Of a DNA stretch of 58,513 bases, positions 9,770 to 22,864 are shown in pieces. The stretch spans positions 96,023,419 to 96,081,931 of the forward strand of contig NC_068985.1 of NCBI RefSeq assembly GCF_001194135.2, in the 5' to 3' direction. Under the pieces are notes generated by a model, which was given only the letters and a program-made list of their open reading frames with translations, did not search any database and was not told the DNA's origin. The stretch comes from Octopus bimaculoides. Lineage: Eukaryota. Both the position numbers and the translations under genes were made by a program. Numbering within the stretch: the first letter of the stretch is position 1; every line of letters begins with the position of its first letter.

Positions 9770-12587
9770 AATAAAGTGATTTTAATAATGTTATAACATG
9801 TTTAGGAAATTCCATTTCTGTCACTATTGACACCACAATTTGTCATCAATAATGGATTGCGTCAATTGCTAATCAATAAATCAATCAATAGTTCTAAATT
9901 ATGTTCTCAAGTTTTTTGCATATTACTATTTTTAACCAGAAGGTGCAGGCTATGCTACTAAGGGTGGGGCTATTAGAAATAATGCCAACTGGACACAAAC
10001 CGCATCTCGGTCAACCCCAGCTGGGTCGCCTGAGTAAGGTTGTCTGATGTTTCAAGACCCAGACATGCAATGACACCAAGATACATCACTGACAGTGTGT
10101 TCAGATGCATCACAGGATAAGGTATAGGAAAAGCATTCAGAAAAGTTAAGTATCCTTTGTTCCTTTTGTAGTTCAAGTCCAACTTGTCACTCTTCTATTT
10201 CTGTTTCATATTTCACTTTAACTCTATCAGTAATAATCGAAAGTAAAATTTTACAAGCGTAATTTTATCAGTGCAGGTTTGTCATCATTTACACACACAC
10301 ACACACACACACACATGTATATTGTATTAAATTTTGATAGTGGTTTCAAATTTAGCACTAGGCCAGCAAATTTTTGCAGGATAGGGGTTAAATTGATGAC
10401 ATCGACTCCCAGTGCTCAATTGGTACTTACTTTATCGATCCTGAAAGGACAAAAGGTAAAGTCGACCTCGGTGGAATTTGAACTGAGAATGTAATTTCGG
10501 ACAAAATGCCACTAAACACTTTGTCCAACGGGCTAACAGATTTGCCATTTCACCACCTTAAACATTAATTTTTGATTTTTACATTTTTGTTAATAAAATG
10601 AAAATTCATTCAGTCAAAAAAATTGGCCATTTGAATTCCATCATATTTTTGCACTCAAGCAGCGGTAATAATTTCACAGAAACTTCACCATTTTTCCAAA
10701 GTTCTCTGGCAATGTCATCTTTCCCAAGAGTTTTGTTGTTTTTCATATTTTTAAGGCATTTTTGTTTTCACTTGATACAACAATGATGGAGGTGTTCTTT
10801 TCTAACACAATTTATGTTTTCATCATTTTTAGATTACATTCTATTTGATAAATATCTATTGTCTTCTTCCGTAAGCTATAACACTATTCTTTCTACATTT
10901 CCTAATATTTTTTCCTTCATAAATCATATTACCATCTTTGTCTGTCATAACATTTCTTGGTGCAAATTTTCTTGTTTATTAGCTCCACCATCTTTTTTTT
11001 TTTTAATTTTTAGTATTGCTTTTGGCAGAAACTTCTTTCTCAATCTCATCACATATTTCGTTGCTATTTTCCTAATTTTTTTTTTTTCCTCATGATTTGA
11101 ATTTCATGGCTCAGCTGTTGATCCATTTTTTGTCCTATCACTGGTTTTTACAGATCTTCCTTCAGTTTTTATCTCATGTCTCGTCTGTTATTCACTTCAA
11201 TCATTTTTCTTTTTCTTCAGTAAGATGTTTTTTTCTTCTGCCTCCAAAACTCCATTTTTTAACTTTATTCCACAATTCTTCTGGATACCATTCTTCCTCA
11301 CATTGCCAAAGTTTGTGCAATCATGGTTTTTTTTTTTTCTCTCTGTTTCGACATTATATTCATTTGGAATGTTTGCAAGCTCATACTTTATTGATATGTC
11401 CATCTTAAAATATAACGTGTCTTGAATGGCACAACAATGTAGAGTGGACTATAATAACTGTTATAATTTAATTATCCATAGTCTGATATAATAATAATAT
11501 TTCGGAATACAAAAATTCTTTCTTCAGATAATAATAATAGAAAAATCTGGCATAAATCTGTATCACAGATGGGGCAGTTAGCTAGTATGCATTGATTACT
11601 GTTCCTTTGTGTGGTAATTAGCTTGCTTACCAACCACATGGTTCCAGGTTCATTCCCACTGCATGGCACCTTGGGCAAGTGTCTTCTACTATAGTCTCGG
11701 GCTGACCAAAGCCTTGTGAGTGGATTTGGTAGATGGAAACTGAAAGAAGCCCGTTGTATATATGTATGGTCTCCTGTCTACTTCATAATGCTTAACCCGA
11801 AACTTTCCCTCACATACTGGTTTTCTTGTTAGTTTCCTCACCTCATCATTTGCATCTCCAATCAGATTGAGAACATCTTTTTTGAAATGATTGATCGATT
11901 TCTTGTAGTGCATCATAGAATCTACCTACCTCATCTTCAATCATATCAATTTGTTGGAGCATAAAATTCTATAATTGGTTGTAACATTGGATTCTTTTCC
12001 TCTGCATCCGGTTTTTATAACTCAATCATAAACTGGTTTATATCAAAGCAAGGACTTGGTGACAGTTCTGTTTGAGAAAGCACCAACACCGTGGCTAAAA
12101 TTAATAGCGCTTCCTGAGAAAATTACCATTTTATTATAGTTGTTAAACAGCCATTTCCTGTCTGTTTTGTTTCTGAAAATCCAAGTGAAGATATCCATGT
12201 CTGTCCTTTCATTACATATCAGCCGAAGTTTAAACAATTAGGCATAAACCCCATTTATTTCATGTGGCATCTTTCATCTCTTATCTAAAGTACTGAAATT
12301 TTGATTGACAGCATCAGCAGCAAGAGTTATGTTAGCAGAAACTTGTCGAAGCCTCTGACTGCTCCCTTGTCGTGTTACTATCTTTCATCTTTTACTTGTT
12401 TCAGTCATTAGACTGTGGCCATGCTGGGGCACTACCTTGAAGAATTTCTAGTCAAATGCATCAACTCCATTGCTTACTTTTTAAGCCTAGTACTTACTCT
12501 ATCAGTCTCTTTTGTTGAGCTGCTAAGTTACGTGAACGTAAATGTACCAACACTGCTTGTCAAGCAGTAGTGGGAGACAACACATAG

Positions 12588-12635
<48 letters not shown>

Positions 12636-12834
12636 GTATAAATGTAGGCGCAGGTGTGGCTGTGTGGTAAGAAGCTTGCTTCCCAACCATATGGTTCCGG
12701 GTTCAGTTCCACTACATGACACCATGGGCAAGTGTCTTCTACTATTGCCTCAGACCAACCAAAGCCTTGGTCTTAATTGGACTTAATTCCTTCCCCCAAA
12801 TTTGAGGCCTTGTGCTTCCAGTAGAAAGAATTAT

Positions 12835-13020
12835 TAAGATGGTGAGCTGGCAGAATCGATAGCACACCGGGCGAAATGTTTAGTGGTATTTCATCTATCT
12901 TCATGTTCTGAGTTCAAATACCACCAGGGCAAATTATGTACCAGTTATGCACTGGAGTCGATGTAATCAACCGGTCCCCTTTTCCAAGATTTCAGGCCTT
13001 GTGCCTTTAGTAGAAAGGAT
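12835..13020 (+). mobile_element. SINE family B
   Basis: ggtgagctggcagaatcgatagcacaccgggcgaaatg...gttctgagttcaaa...ggccttgtgcc, followed by an (ATT)n tail. Confidence 0.7.
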
Positions 13021-13032
13021 TATTATTATTAC

Positions 13033-13068
<36 letters not shown>

Positions 13069-13402
13069 CATTATTATTATTATTATTTGAAATTAATATT
13101 ATAATCATTAATGTTATTCATTCGTCATCATCATCATCATAGACATCATATTATACATCTCACACTACCGGTCATCGAAGAAGTTTCTGCCTAGCTGCTA
13201 GTCCTGCTAGAAGTAGCGACCAAATCTACCTCAAATCACATTCTGTGGTGATGTGGAGGTTATATATATAAAAGGAGACGTTGGATAATGCAGTCTTTGC
13301 ACATAAGGAAAAGGGGGAAAAAGATAGGGGGCAGTCACGACTAGATTGTGGTCATCTTGTCTTTGGTCTGCTTAATCAGGACAAACCTGGAGTGAAACAA
13401 GA

Positions 13403-13403
<1 letters not shown>

Positions 13404-13437
<34 letters not shown>

Positions 13438-13450
13438 CACCACCATAACC

Positions 13451-13494
<44 letters not shown>

Positions 13495-13522
13495 CACCAC
13501 TACTACTACTACTACCACCACC

Positions 13523-13553
<31 letters not shown>

Positions 13554-13695
13554 TTACTACTACTATCACTACTACTACTACTACCACCACCACCACCACG
13601 ACTACTACTACTACTACCACCACCACCACCACCACCACCACTACTACTACTACTACCACCACCACCACCACCACCACTACTACTACTACTACTAT
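13404..13695. repeat. Compound (ACT)n/(ACC)n trinucleotide microsatellite
   Basis: Direct reading. It explains the poly-V and poly-S/G ORFs. Confidence 0.95.
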
Positions 13696-14053
13696 ACAAC
13701 GACGACAAGTCTACAATTACCACTGCAATAACGATGTATCACAATGTGTGTAAGTACTCGATGTGTTACAGTATATTTTGGTTAATTAATATTACATTAA
13801 CTAATTACACCATTAAACATGTATTCAACAAGAGTATTTGAAATGTCAAACACGGAGAGAAATCTGTACAATGCCATTTCCTAATATCTCACTGTAACCC
13901 AACGCCAAACTGACTTGCTTCTGCGTTTTAGGAATACTCAGATTTTAACCTGTTTTTAAAACCAATTGACATTTAAGTCAGAAGATAAAGGTGACTGTGA
14001 TTTAGGTAGGAGATCCACTTATGCTGAATCCATACTAACTGGCTAAATATTTA

Positions 14054-14373
14054 GGATCTTTTTTAAAACGGGGGCCACATTTTTCATTAACGAAACATTT
14101 TGAAACTTGGAACACTGGTAGAATGTGTCATATAAAACATCTTTTTCTCTTAGTCTTCTTGAAAAAAAAAAGAAATCCATAAGTTATTCCATGTTAAAGT
14201 TGTCGTATTTCTGTAATTTCAACCAATCACTGACGTCCATTCAGCCGATATACATTAAGTGCCGACTACATAAGCAAACGATTCTGAAACAATTAACCCT
14301 AACCCTAACCCTAACCCTAGGGTTAGGGTTAGGGTTAGGGTTAAAGCAAATTTAAAATGAAAAAAGCAAATAG
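14054..14373 (+). mobile_element. GGATC TIR element copy 2 (right half lost in the N gap)
   Basis: Nearly identical to copy 1 from the left TIR through the telomeric core. Confidence 0.9.
14293..14344. repeat. Perfect 52-bp telomeric palindrome TTAA(CCCTAA)3CCC-TA-GGG(TTAGGG)3TTAA
   Basis: Direct reading: four C-tracts followed by four G-tracts. Confidence 0.97.
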
Positions 14374-15180
14374 NNNNNNNNNNNNNNNNNNNNNNNNNNN
14401 NNNNNNNNNNNNNNNNNNNNNNNNNNNNNNNNNNNNNNNNNNNNNNNNNNNNNNNNNNNNNNNNNNNNNNNNNNNNNNNNNNNNNNNNNNNNNNNNNNNN
14501 NNNNNNNNNNNNNNNNNNNNNNNNNNNNNNNNNNNNNNNNNNNNNNNNNNNNNNNNNNNNNNNNNNNNNNNNNNNNNNNNNNNNNNNNNNNNNNNNNNNN
14601 NNNNNNNNNNNNNNNNNNNNNNNNNNNNNNNNNNNNNNNNNNNNNNNNNNNNNNNNNNNNNNNNNNNNNNNNNNNNNNNNNNNNNNNNNNNNNNNNNNNN
14701 NNNNNNNNNNNNNNNNNNNNNNNNNNNNNNNNNNNNNNNNNNNNNNNNNNNNNNNNNNNNNNNNNNNNNNNNNNNNNNNNNNNNNNNNNNNNNNNNNNNN
14801 NNNNNNNNNNNNNNNNNNNNNNNNNNNNNNNNNNNNNNNNNNNNNNNNNNNNNNNNNNNNNNNNNNNNNNNNNNNNNNNNNNNNNNNNNNNNNNNNNNNN
14901 NNNNNNNNNNNNNNNNNNNNNNNNNNNNNNNNNNNNNNNNNNNNNNNNNNNNNNNNNNNNNNNNNNNNNNNNNNNNNNNNNNNNNNNNNNNNNNNNNNNN
15001 NNNNNNNNNNNNNNNNNNNNNNNNNNNNNNNNNNNNNNNNNNNNNNNNNNNNNNNNNNNATTATTTTCTTCCTGAAACTTATAAAAAAAACTAGACTACT
15101 TATTCAAGGTGCCTGAAAAAATCTGTGTATCTCAGGAGTCTGTGAGTGGAGCTGGTAGATGGAGGTTGAGGGAGGCCTGT

Positions 15181-15229
<49 letters not shown>

Positions 15230-15570
15230 CTGGCACATGACTCAGTGGCTAGAGCATCAGGCTCACTATCATGGGGTAGTGAGTTCGATTCTCAGACCGG
15301 GCTCTGTGTTGTGGTCTTGAGCAAGACACTTTATTTCACATTGCTCCAGTTCACTCAGCTGTAGAAATGAGTTGCGATGTCACTTGTGCCAAGCTGTATC
15401 AGCCTTTATCTTTCCTTTGGATAACATCGGTCCCATGTAGAGGGGAGACTGGTACGCATGGGTGACTGCTGGTCTTCCATACAAACAACCTTGCCTGGAC
15501 TTGTACCACGAAGGGGAACTTTCTAGGTGCAATCCCATGGTCATTCGTCACTGAAGAGGGTTTTTACCCT
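15230..15570 (+). mobile_element. tRNA-derived SINE (family D)
   Basis: Head ggcacatgactcagtggctagagcatcaggctcac...gagttcgattctcagacc. A related copy lies at 21665-21890. Confidence 0.7.
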
Positions 15571-16438
15571 ACATGTGCATGTGTTTGCATGTGTGTGTCT
15601 GTTTGTTCCCAACCACTGCTTGACAACCAGTTTGGCAAGTTTATATCACTGTAACTTAGAGATTCAGCAAAAGAGAACGATAAAATAAATTCTAGGCTTC
15701 AATAAAAACACTGGGGTGGATTCATTTAACTGAATATTCTCCAAGGCGGTGCTCCAGTATGACCGCTGTCAAATTGTCAAATAACTGAAACAAGTAAAAG
15801 GTAAAAAACAAAATATAAACGATGGAAAAATTCTTAATGCAGTGACATGTTTCTGGAAGAAACTTTCATGATTTAAAATTTTNNNNNNNNNNNNNNNNNN
15901 NNNNNNNNNNNNNNNNNNNNNNNNNNNNNNNNNNNNNNNNNNNNNNNNNNNNNNNNNNNNNNNNNNNNNNNNNNNNNNNNNNNNNNNNNNNNNNNNNNNN
16001 NNNNNNNNNNNNNNNNNNNNNNNNNNNNNNNNNNNNNNNNNNNNNNNNNNNNNNNNNNNNNNNNNNNNNNNNNNNNNNNNNNNNNNNNNNNNNNNNNNNN
16101 NNNNNNNNNNNNNNNNNNNNNNNNNNNNNNNNNNNNNNNNNNNNNNNNNNNNNNNNNNNNNNNNNNNNNNNNNNNNNNNNNNNNNNNNNNNNNNNNNNNN
16201 NNNNNNNNNNNNNNNNNNNNNNNNNNNNNNNNNNNNNNNNNNNNNNNNNNNNNNNNNNNNNNNNNNNNNNNNNNNNNNNNNNNNNNNNNNNNNNNNNNNN
16301 NNNNNNNNNNNNNNNNNNNNNNNNNNNNNNNNNNNNNNNNNNNNNNNNNNNNNNNNNNNNNNNNNNNNNNNNNNNNNNNNNNNNNNNNNNNNNNNNNNNN
16401 NNNNNNNNNNNNNNNNNNNNNNNNNNNNNNNNNNNNNN

Positions 16439-16755
16439 AACGGAACAGCCTGCTCGTGAAATTAACGTGCAAGTGGCTGAGCACTCCACAGACACGTGTA
16501 CCCTTAACGTAGTCCTCGGGGATATTCAGCGTGACACAGTGTGACAAAGCTGACCCTTTGAATTACAGGCACAACAGAAACAGGAAGTAAGAGTGAGAAT
16601 AGTACAGCAGGGTTTGCCACCACCCCCTGCCGGAGCCTCGTGGAGCTTTAGGTGTTTTCGCTCAATAAACACTCACAACGCCTGGTCTGGGAATCGAAAT
16701 CGCGATCCTATGACCGCGAGTCCGCTGCTCTAACCACTGGGCCATTGCGCCTCCA
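16439..16755 (-). mobile_element. SINE family C
   Basis: Reverse complement of the 6535-6900 element, with its 3' end in the gap. Confidence 0.8.
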
Positions 16756-18541
16756 CCATAAGCGTATAAAAAGTATGTATTAGGCAATGAGCCCATACAA
16801 ACAAACAAACAAAAAAAGACAACGCAAGAGAGACCAGTTTTAACAAATGTATTAAGTTAAAAGAATTATTGTGCATTAGATCAAAAGAAGGGGAAAGTCT
16901 TGACATTTCGGACACTAGCTCTTCAACAGACAATAAAAGAACGGAAAGACATAAAGAGGAGGGAAGGTGATATGAAGAAAGAAAAGTGGTTATGGGCCAG
17001 GTGGGAGTGAAAACGTGGTTTCTTGCATATTCAGAATCTCCATCATCTAAACATAAGGGGAAAAAAATTTCAAAAACGTTCAAAATTTTAAGAGGAGAGT
17101 GGTGATGGTGGTGGGGTTAAAAAAATTTTTTTTTGCATATTCGTAATCTCCGACATCTAAAACATAGGAATCCGGAAAAAAAAAACATTTTTCAAGGAGA
17201 GGTGCGAAACTGCATTAGCCCCCAATTGTTTAACACGTTGGTTAAATAATCGATTGCTTGTTAGTCAAAGTTCTTTCATCGTTGTTCGCGATCGATCGTT
17301 TAACGAACACATTAAAACAAACGGTTGATTTGTTAGTCAGTTAAATATTCAACCAACTGACTAACAATAAAGAAGTGGAATTGGATCTGTGCGTGTGTTA
17401 TTGGCAAAATGACTATCCTACGACACAAAATTTATTTTCAACACATATTCTTACCAAGAATTATGCCAACCAAATTCAAACATTTTTTGAGTTGCTTCCC
17501 TTAATGTCTTCCATAGTTTCTTCCCTTGTAATTATTTATTTATTTTAAAAAAAGTCTTTTTTTGGAGTCCATTCTCATTTACCGTTTTGCTTTCCTGCAA
17601 ATCTATTTTCCAGGCCACGATAGCGATTATTGGATTTCTACTCTCAGAAAAATCTCCTTCCTTTAATCGGTTGGATGGGATTATTTTTCGTGGCAGCAGT
17701 GACATCGGCATGTGGTAGGTATCGAATCTCTCTCTCTCTCTCCCCCTCCCCCTCTCTCTGCTAATATTGATTAGCACAGTTATACGGGTTTACAACAGAC
17801 GAGGCGTTTGAATCCTGTCCACGATGTTAAACGTTTCCCATCGTCTCTCTTTCTGCGACCCCAGTGTTTCACTGGTACTTATTTTATCGACCCTGAAAGG
17901 ACGAAGAGCAAAGTCGACTCCGAGAGGATGAAAGGCAAAGTCGACTCAGAATGCAAAGACAGACGAAATAGCGCGCTAACGATTCTGTCAGCTTAATGAT
18001 AATAATAATTATTATTATTATTATTATATAACATTTTTGTACAGCCCCCCTCACCACCACCACCACTATCACCACCAACACCTCCACCACTACCACCACC
18101 ATTATCATCATTACTAACACCACTATCGCCACCACCACCACTGTTGCCGCCATCACCACTGTTGCCGCCATCACCACCCCACAGAAAACGTGACACCCCA
18201 TACCAAACTTAGTAATCAATATATTACTCAATACTCGAAGAGTGATTTCGTTGTCTTTCTTTCTTTTCTTTGTCTCTCTCTCTCTCTCTTCCTACCCCTC
18301 CTCCTGCCTCTGTCTATCTATCTCATTCTTCTCCTCCCTCTCACTCAATGTCTATCTCTTTCTTTCCCTTTATTTAACTCACTCTCTCTCTACTCTTTCA
18401 TCATCTTTTTCTCTCCTCAACTTATTCTCTCACTCACTCACTCTCTTTGTCTATCTAACATACTCTCTCTCTCCCTCCCTCTGTCTAACATTCCTTTTCG
18501 TTGTCGCTCTCTTTTTCTCCCCCTCTCTCTCTGTGCTTCTG

Positions 18542-18724
18542 TCGGACTATGTAGATTTTGAGGACAGGAATTTTGGGGAAAAACAATTGGGGGTTATTTT
18601 TAAGAACTGTTCCCCACTCGGGGGTGTTTCGGAACAAGTCGTCCATATTTGTATCCGTTCTCAAAAATAACCCCCAATTGTTTTCCCCCCAAATTCCTAT
18701 GTCCTCGGAATCTACATAGTCCGA
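18542..18724. repeat. Long inverted repeat (~65-bp arms, ~90% identical, ~50-bp spacer), probably part of a non-autonomous DNA element
   Basis: tcggactatgtagatt...gggggttatttttaagaac / gttctcaaaaataaccccc...aatctacatagtccga. Confidence 0.8.
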
Positions 18725-19569
18725 GGTATATTTATAGAGGATTTCATTTAAAAAATATCCATTTTCTTGAATGTTAAGACGAATTGAAGTGAATTCGGTG
18801 AATTTTCCGAAATTCCCCACCCCACCCCCTCCTGAAACACTTTCCTTCCAAACTTTTGTATATTTGGAATCTACACGATATAACACATATTCCTAGAAAA
18901 TTTCATTAAAAAATATCCATTTTTCTGAAAGTTATGGTCATCCAAAGTCGGGGTTGCAGAAATCTGTAGTTATACCTTGACATTTATGGTTTTATATTGA
19001 AGAATCGATTCATTGTTTGTTTCTGAAAACCTAAAACAAATTACTTAAATTGCAGACAGTTTTTGTTTCACTGTTTTATTGTTATTAAAAACATATCCGA
19101 GTTCACTGTTAATATCTATTGTTTTGTCTCGCCTTCTCCATTCGATGTTGTAAAAATTACTGTTTATTTTATCAAAGTACATTTAACCATTGTAACTCTA
19201 ATTCGTTACTATTGCTTTTAAGAGGAGACTAAATTCACATAGACATTTATGTGTATATTTACTATTGTTTTGTATCGCTTTTTGTTTCTTCTCGAATTTG
19301 TATTTATTGATGTAGCAACAGATCGTTCATTTGTGTTGGTTTGTATCTTAATTGTATCTAGCTCCCCACCTTTTCACCCGACTAGACGTTGCAAATAAGT
19401 ATCACCCATTTATTTATACAAGCCTTTTATTTCATGTATACATGTACCTCTGTTGTTTCCCTCTTCAATTGTAAATTCTGTTCATTTTATTAATAGGAGG
19501 GTCGTGCCGAAAATAATGTAACATTGAGTAAAGATTCTTTTTAATGTTACCATTATTATTAGCCATCTT

Positions 19570-20294
19570 TAGGGTTGCCAGCTCTGTTAAACAACAATAA
19601 AGGGCATAAAAACTTTATTGATATTTATTTAAGTGCACAAATTTTGATTCAGTTCCTATAGATTATAATAGATACGAATATTAAATGCAGTTCAAAATTA
19701 CATTTCTCTTAACTGAATGAAAATACAAAAGCAAGAATGAGAGGACATTTATTTTAGCTTGATCAAAAGATTCTAATCTTTAAAACTATATTTGTCCTGG
19801 CTTTTTGTTGCCTTCAGAAAATTTGTATAATCTTTGATGTTTTTAGCTAATTCCAAGTAACTATCTTTTATGTTAAAATATACGAGAAGTTCACTCTCAA
19901 TTAATTCTTCAGAACATCGGTTCCTTTCATCTCGCCATTTTAGATGACATTGTAGTGAAACCTCTCTCACAATAAGATGTTCCAGGAATTGGTAGTACAA
20001 AAGAAACTATTTTGAAAACATTGATATATTTAAAGTCCATAGATTTCAAAATAAAATACCACTTGTTGTTTTTGAGCTTATGAAGAGTTCAGAGCTTTTG
20101 ATAGTGTCGAAGTTTCTTTGAATTAATACTACTTCATCAAAAAGTTCATCCATTTTTAATTTATGCTTTACTTCTAGCTTCAAATGTTCTACTACTTCAA
20201 ATTTCTGAAACTTTGGGAACGAATGTCCTAAGAAACTTAGATTTGATAATTTGCCGAATGTTGAATTTTCATCGAAATCTATTCTGTTTTCCAA
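19570..20294 (-). mobile_element. hAT-like transposon remnant (terminus plus C-terminal transposase fragments)
   Basis: A tagggttgcca terminus at 19570 lies next to the 3' end of minus-strand fragments. One reads LKWRDERNRCSEELIESELLVYFN, resembling the hAT C-terminal dimerisation region. The frames are broken and no partner TIR was found. Confidence 0.55.
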
Positions 20295-21664
20295 ATATAT
20301 GATGTCACTAGCTGTATTGAATTCGAATTACCGACCATGACAATATTAAGCGAAAAGATACTCTATGGCCCAACGAACATGTATCTAGGCGCATAACTTG
20401 AAATGTGAACCGAAATCGAAATGCTAGCACTTGAAAAGTTGGGGCAAGACTTCCTTTTGTAACGGAGATTATAATTCTGAAACAAATTTCCCAAAAATTT
20501 TCTGGTTAGAGTTACGGAAAAAAGTGAAAAACGAAGAAATAGGGGCAAAATTCCGATTTTTAGCAATTTTCTGGAATCTCCGTATTCGAAAACGTGGGTT
20601 CTTGGCAAATTTTTTTTTAAAATAATAATTTGCGAGAAAATGGTGGTGGTGGTGGTGGGGACTTAGTGGCATTTCGTCTACCTTGACTTTCTGAGTTCAA
20701 ATTTGCGTGAAACACTGAAATCGGTGTAATCAACTAGTCCCCTCGCCAAAGTTTCAAACCTTGTGCCTTTGGTAGAAAGCATTATTATTAACCCGTGCCA
20801 GGCAGTGTGTACAAGCAATGGCTGCCTGGTCAAGAAACACGTGTGTTGTCTCTTCTCATTTTACTTAATTATCTACGTCATTAAAATACAACATAACATC
20901 TCGCAGTTTGCAAACAGAATTTTTCTTCCTAACGGTTCTATTCTTATATATGTCTGTAGTTTTAGGGGTTGAGTGGGGGCTAAATTGTTTGGACTCTTTG
21001 AGCTTAATGATGATCTATGTCTTAAAGTGGCCAATTGTACCTTAAGATGTCTCATGAGGTTCTCATTGGTCACCTATAAGGACTCTTTGGAATTTGCTCT
21101 TATTCTTATTGGTTTGGTAAAAGAGATTGATAGATTCTTTAAAACATCAGATAAGCACTGGTATTGATCTGTTCAGCTAAGCCCTTCCAGACATGCTCTA
21201 GCATGGCAACAATCCACTGCCAGAAACAAATAAAAGATTGTTACTCTTTGCGATCACAACCGAACACACCAGTTCCCTGCCACCATCGACTACTTTATCC
21301 ACCCCACCCCTCCTGCCACTTTTCATTTCTTTGTTTCTTTGGTGGGGTTTTTTTTCTTGATAATTTGATCTTTTATGCTTTTAATTTTCCTTTCTTTTCT
21401 TCCTGTAAAAATAGGTTGAGGATAAAGTTACTAAACTGTGTGCTAAGTAACCAGACAGTCTAAAATTACATACACTTGAAGCATATTTCTAATTTTCTTT
21501 CGGACTAATTGGTCAATATTCAAGTTGTTTATTTTCTCAAGCCCAAAACAGGATGTTTTAAAAAATTTTTCAGATACTTGAAATTTTAAAATCTTTTTTA
21601 ATTTTTTAAAATTTTCCATTCTGAAGTTTTGCATGCTGATGACAAAAGTCACATTCATTTTTAG

Positions 21665-21890
21665 AATACTGCACACCAGTCTCCCCCCTCCACGCCATTG
21701 ATGTTATCCAAGAGAAAAGCAAAGGCTGATACAGCTTGGCACTAGTGACACTGCAACTCTTTCCTACAACTGCTGGAACCATGTGAAATAAAGTGTCTTG
21801 CTCAAGAACACAGCACACAGCCTGGTCCAGGAATCGAACTCACTACCTCATTGTGAGCCCTACGCTCTAACCACTGAGCCATATGCTTTC
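21665..21890 (-). mobile_element. SINE family D
   Basis: Reverse complement of the 15230-15570 family. Confidence 0.65.
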
Positions 21891-22654
21891 ACGCACATTG
21901 TGTATAGTTTACTTATTAAACCCAATCTCTTGACACTGTGGTGTGTATGCATGGTTGATAAATGAGGAATAATCCCATTTGCTGCTGTTGTAACAAAAGC
22001 CAGACGTCAATCACAAAATGTCTTCGACAACTCTAATCCTGTCTAAATGCCACTTATCGTTTATCTAATAATTCCATCTCAACCGGCAACATTACAAATT
22101 ATCTACTTGACCTTCTGGGCATCATCCAGACTGACATTTTCTCTCTCCACTCTCTTTCGCTCTCCCTCTGGTCATTCTTATAACTTCTCGTGTGTGTGTG
22201 TGTACGATGTGTGTGCGTGTGTGTGTAATTTTTCCGGTGGTCCTGGTGGTGTGTTGTGTTTTTTCTGTGCTGTAGATGTTGTTGATATTTCTGCTGCTGT
22301 TGTTGTTGTTGTTGTTAAGCCCTCAGGTTCAAAGAGTATTTGCAGATGCTGGTGAGTGTAGGGGTTCCTTCATCTTGGAGATGTTTCTAGATGTATATTT
22401 GTAATTTTGTGTAGACCACTGAGATATTAAAGTAATTAGATTTCTCAATTAGCTTGTAAAAGTGCTTTTATTGTCTTCATTGGTGTGTGTGTGTGTGTGT
22501 GAGGTAATGATAATTAATTGGTTGGCGGTCAGAGCACAGTTAGAAAATCGATTGTCGAATGGTTGTCATATCCAGATATGTAGAGCAGAAATTGATGTCT
22601 GGGGAAGAGTTGTGTTTGTTAGTTGGAGAAGCCTGTGTTTGTATTGGTATAGAC

Positions 22655-22864
22655 CAGTGGTTCGCAAACTTTTTCAGGCTGCTGTCCCCTTCATGCCCAG
22701 GCCACATTCCTTGCACCCCCACCCTCACCCCAACTAACCATTGCAACCCCATTATCGCCCTATTTTTTACATGAATCACTACCCCGTTATCACTCCATTT
22801 CAATGCCCCCTTGGAACTTTCTACCGCCCCCAGGGGGCAATACTGCTCATTTCGGGAACCACTG
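22655..22864. mobile_element. hAT (Charlie-like) MITE, 210 bp
   Basis: Termini cagtggttcgcaaa...ttcgggaaccactg. 8-bp TSD gtatagac/gtgtagac (7/8), resembling the NTCTAGAN preference. Confidence 0.8.

Larger units (their letters stand above)
8760..12330 (-). mobile_element. Decayed RTE-clade LINE ORF2 (APE endonuclease, linker, RT), fragmented by later insertions
   Basis: Minus-strand motifs occur in the correct N-to-C order: SGSAINFSHGVGAF...KSLL and VLNLIGDAN (endonuclease, ~12110-11850), EELWNKVK and NEICDEIEK (~11280-11030), LKNMKNNKTLGKDDIARELWKNG (~10760-10690), and GVQQGCMFSPSLFNIF...NLRYADD (9180-9045). Confidence 0.75.

Noticed and set aside
13372-13723. Poly-Val and poly-Ser/Gly ORFs
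   Set aside because: These are translations of an (ACT/ACC)n microsatellite with no splice or start context.
14357-16547. ORFs of 209-245 aa
   Set aside because: They are almost entirely X residues from assembly gaps.
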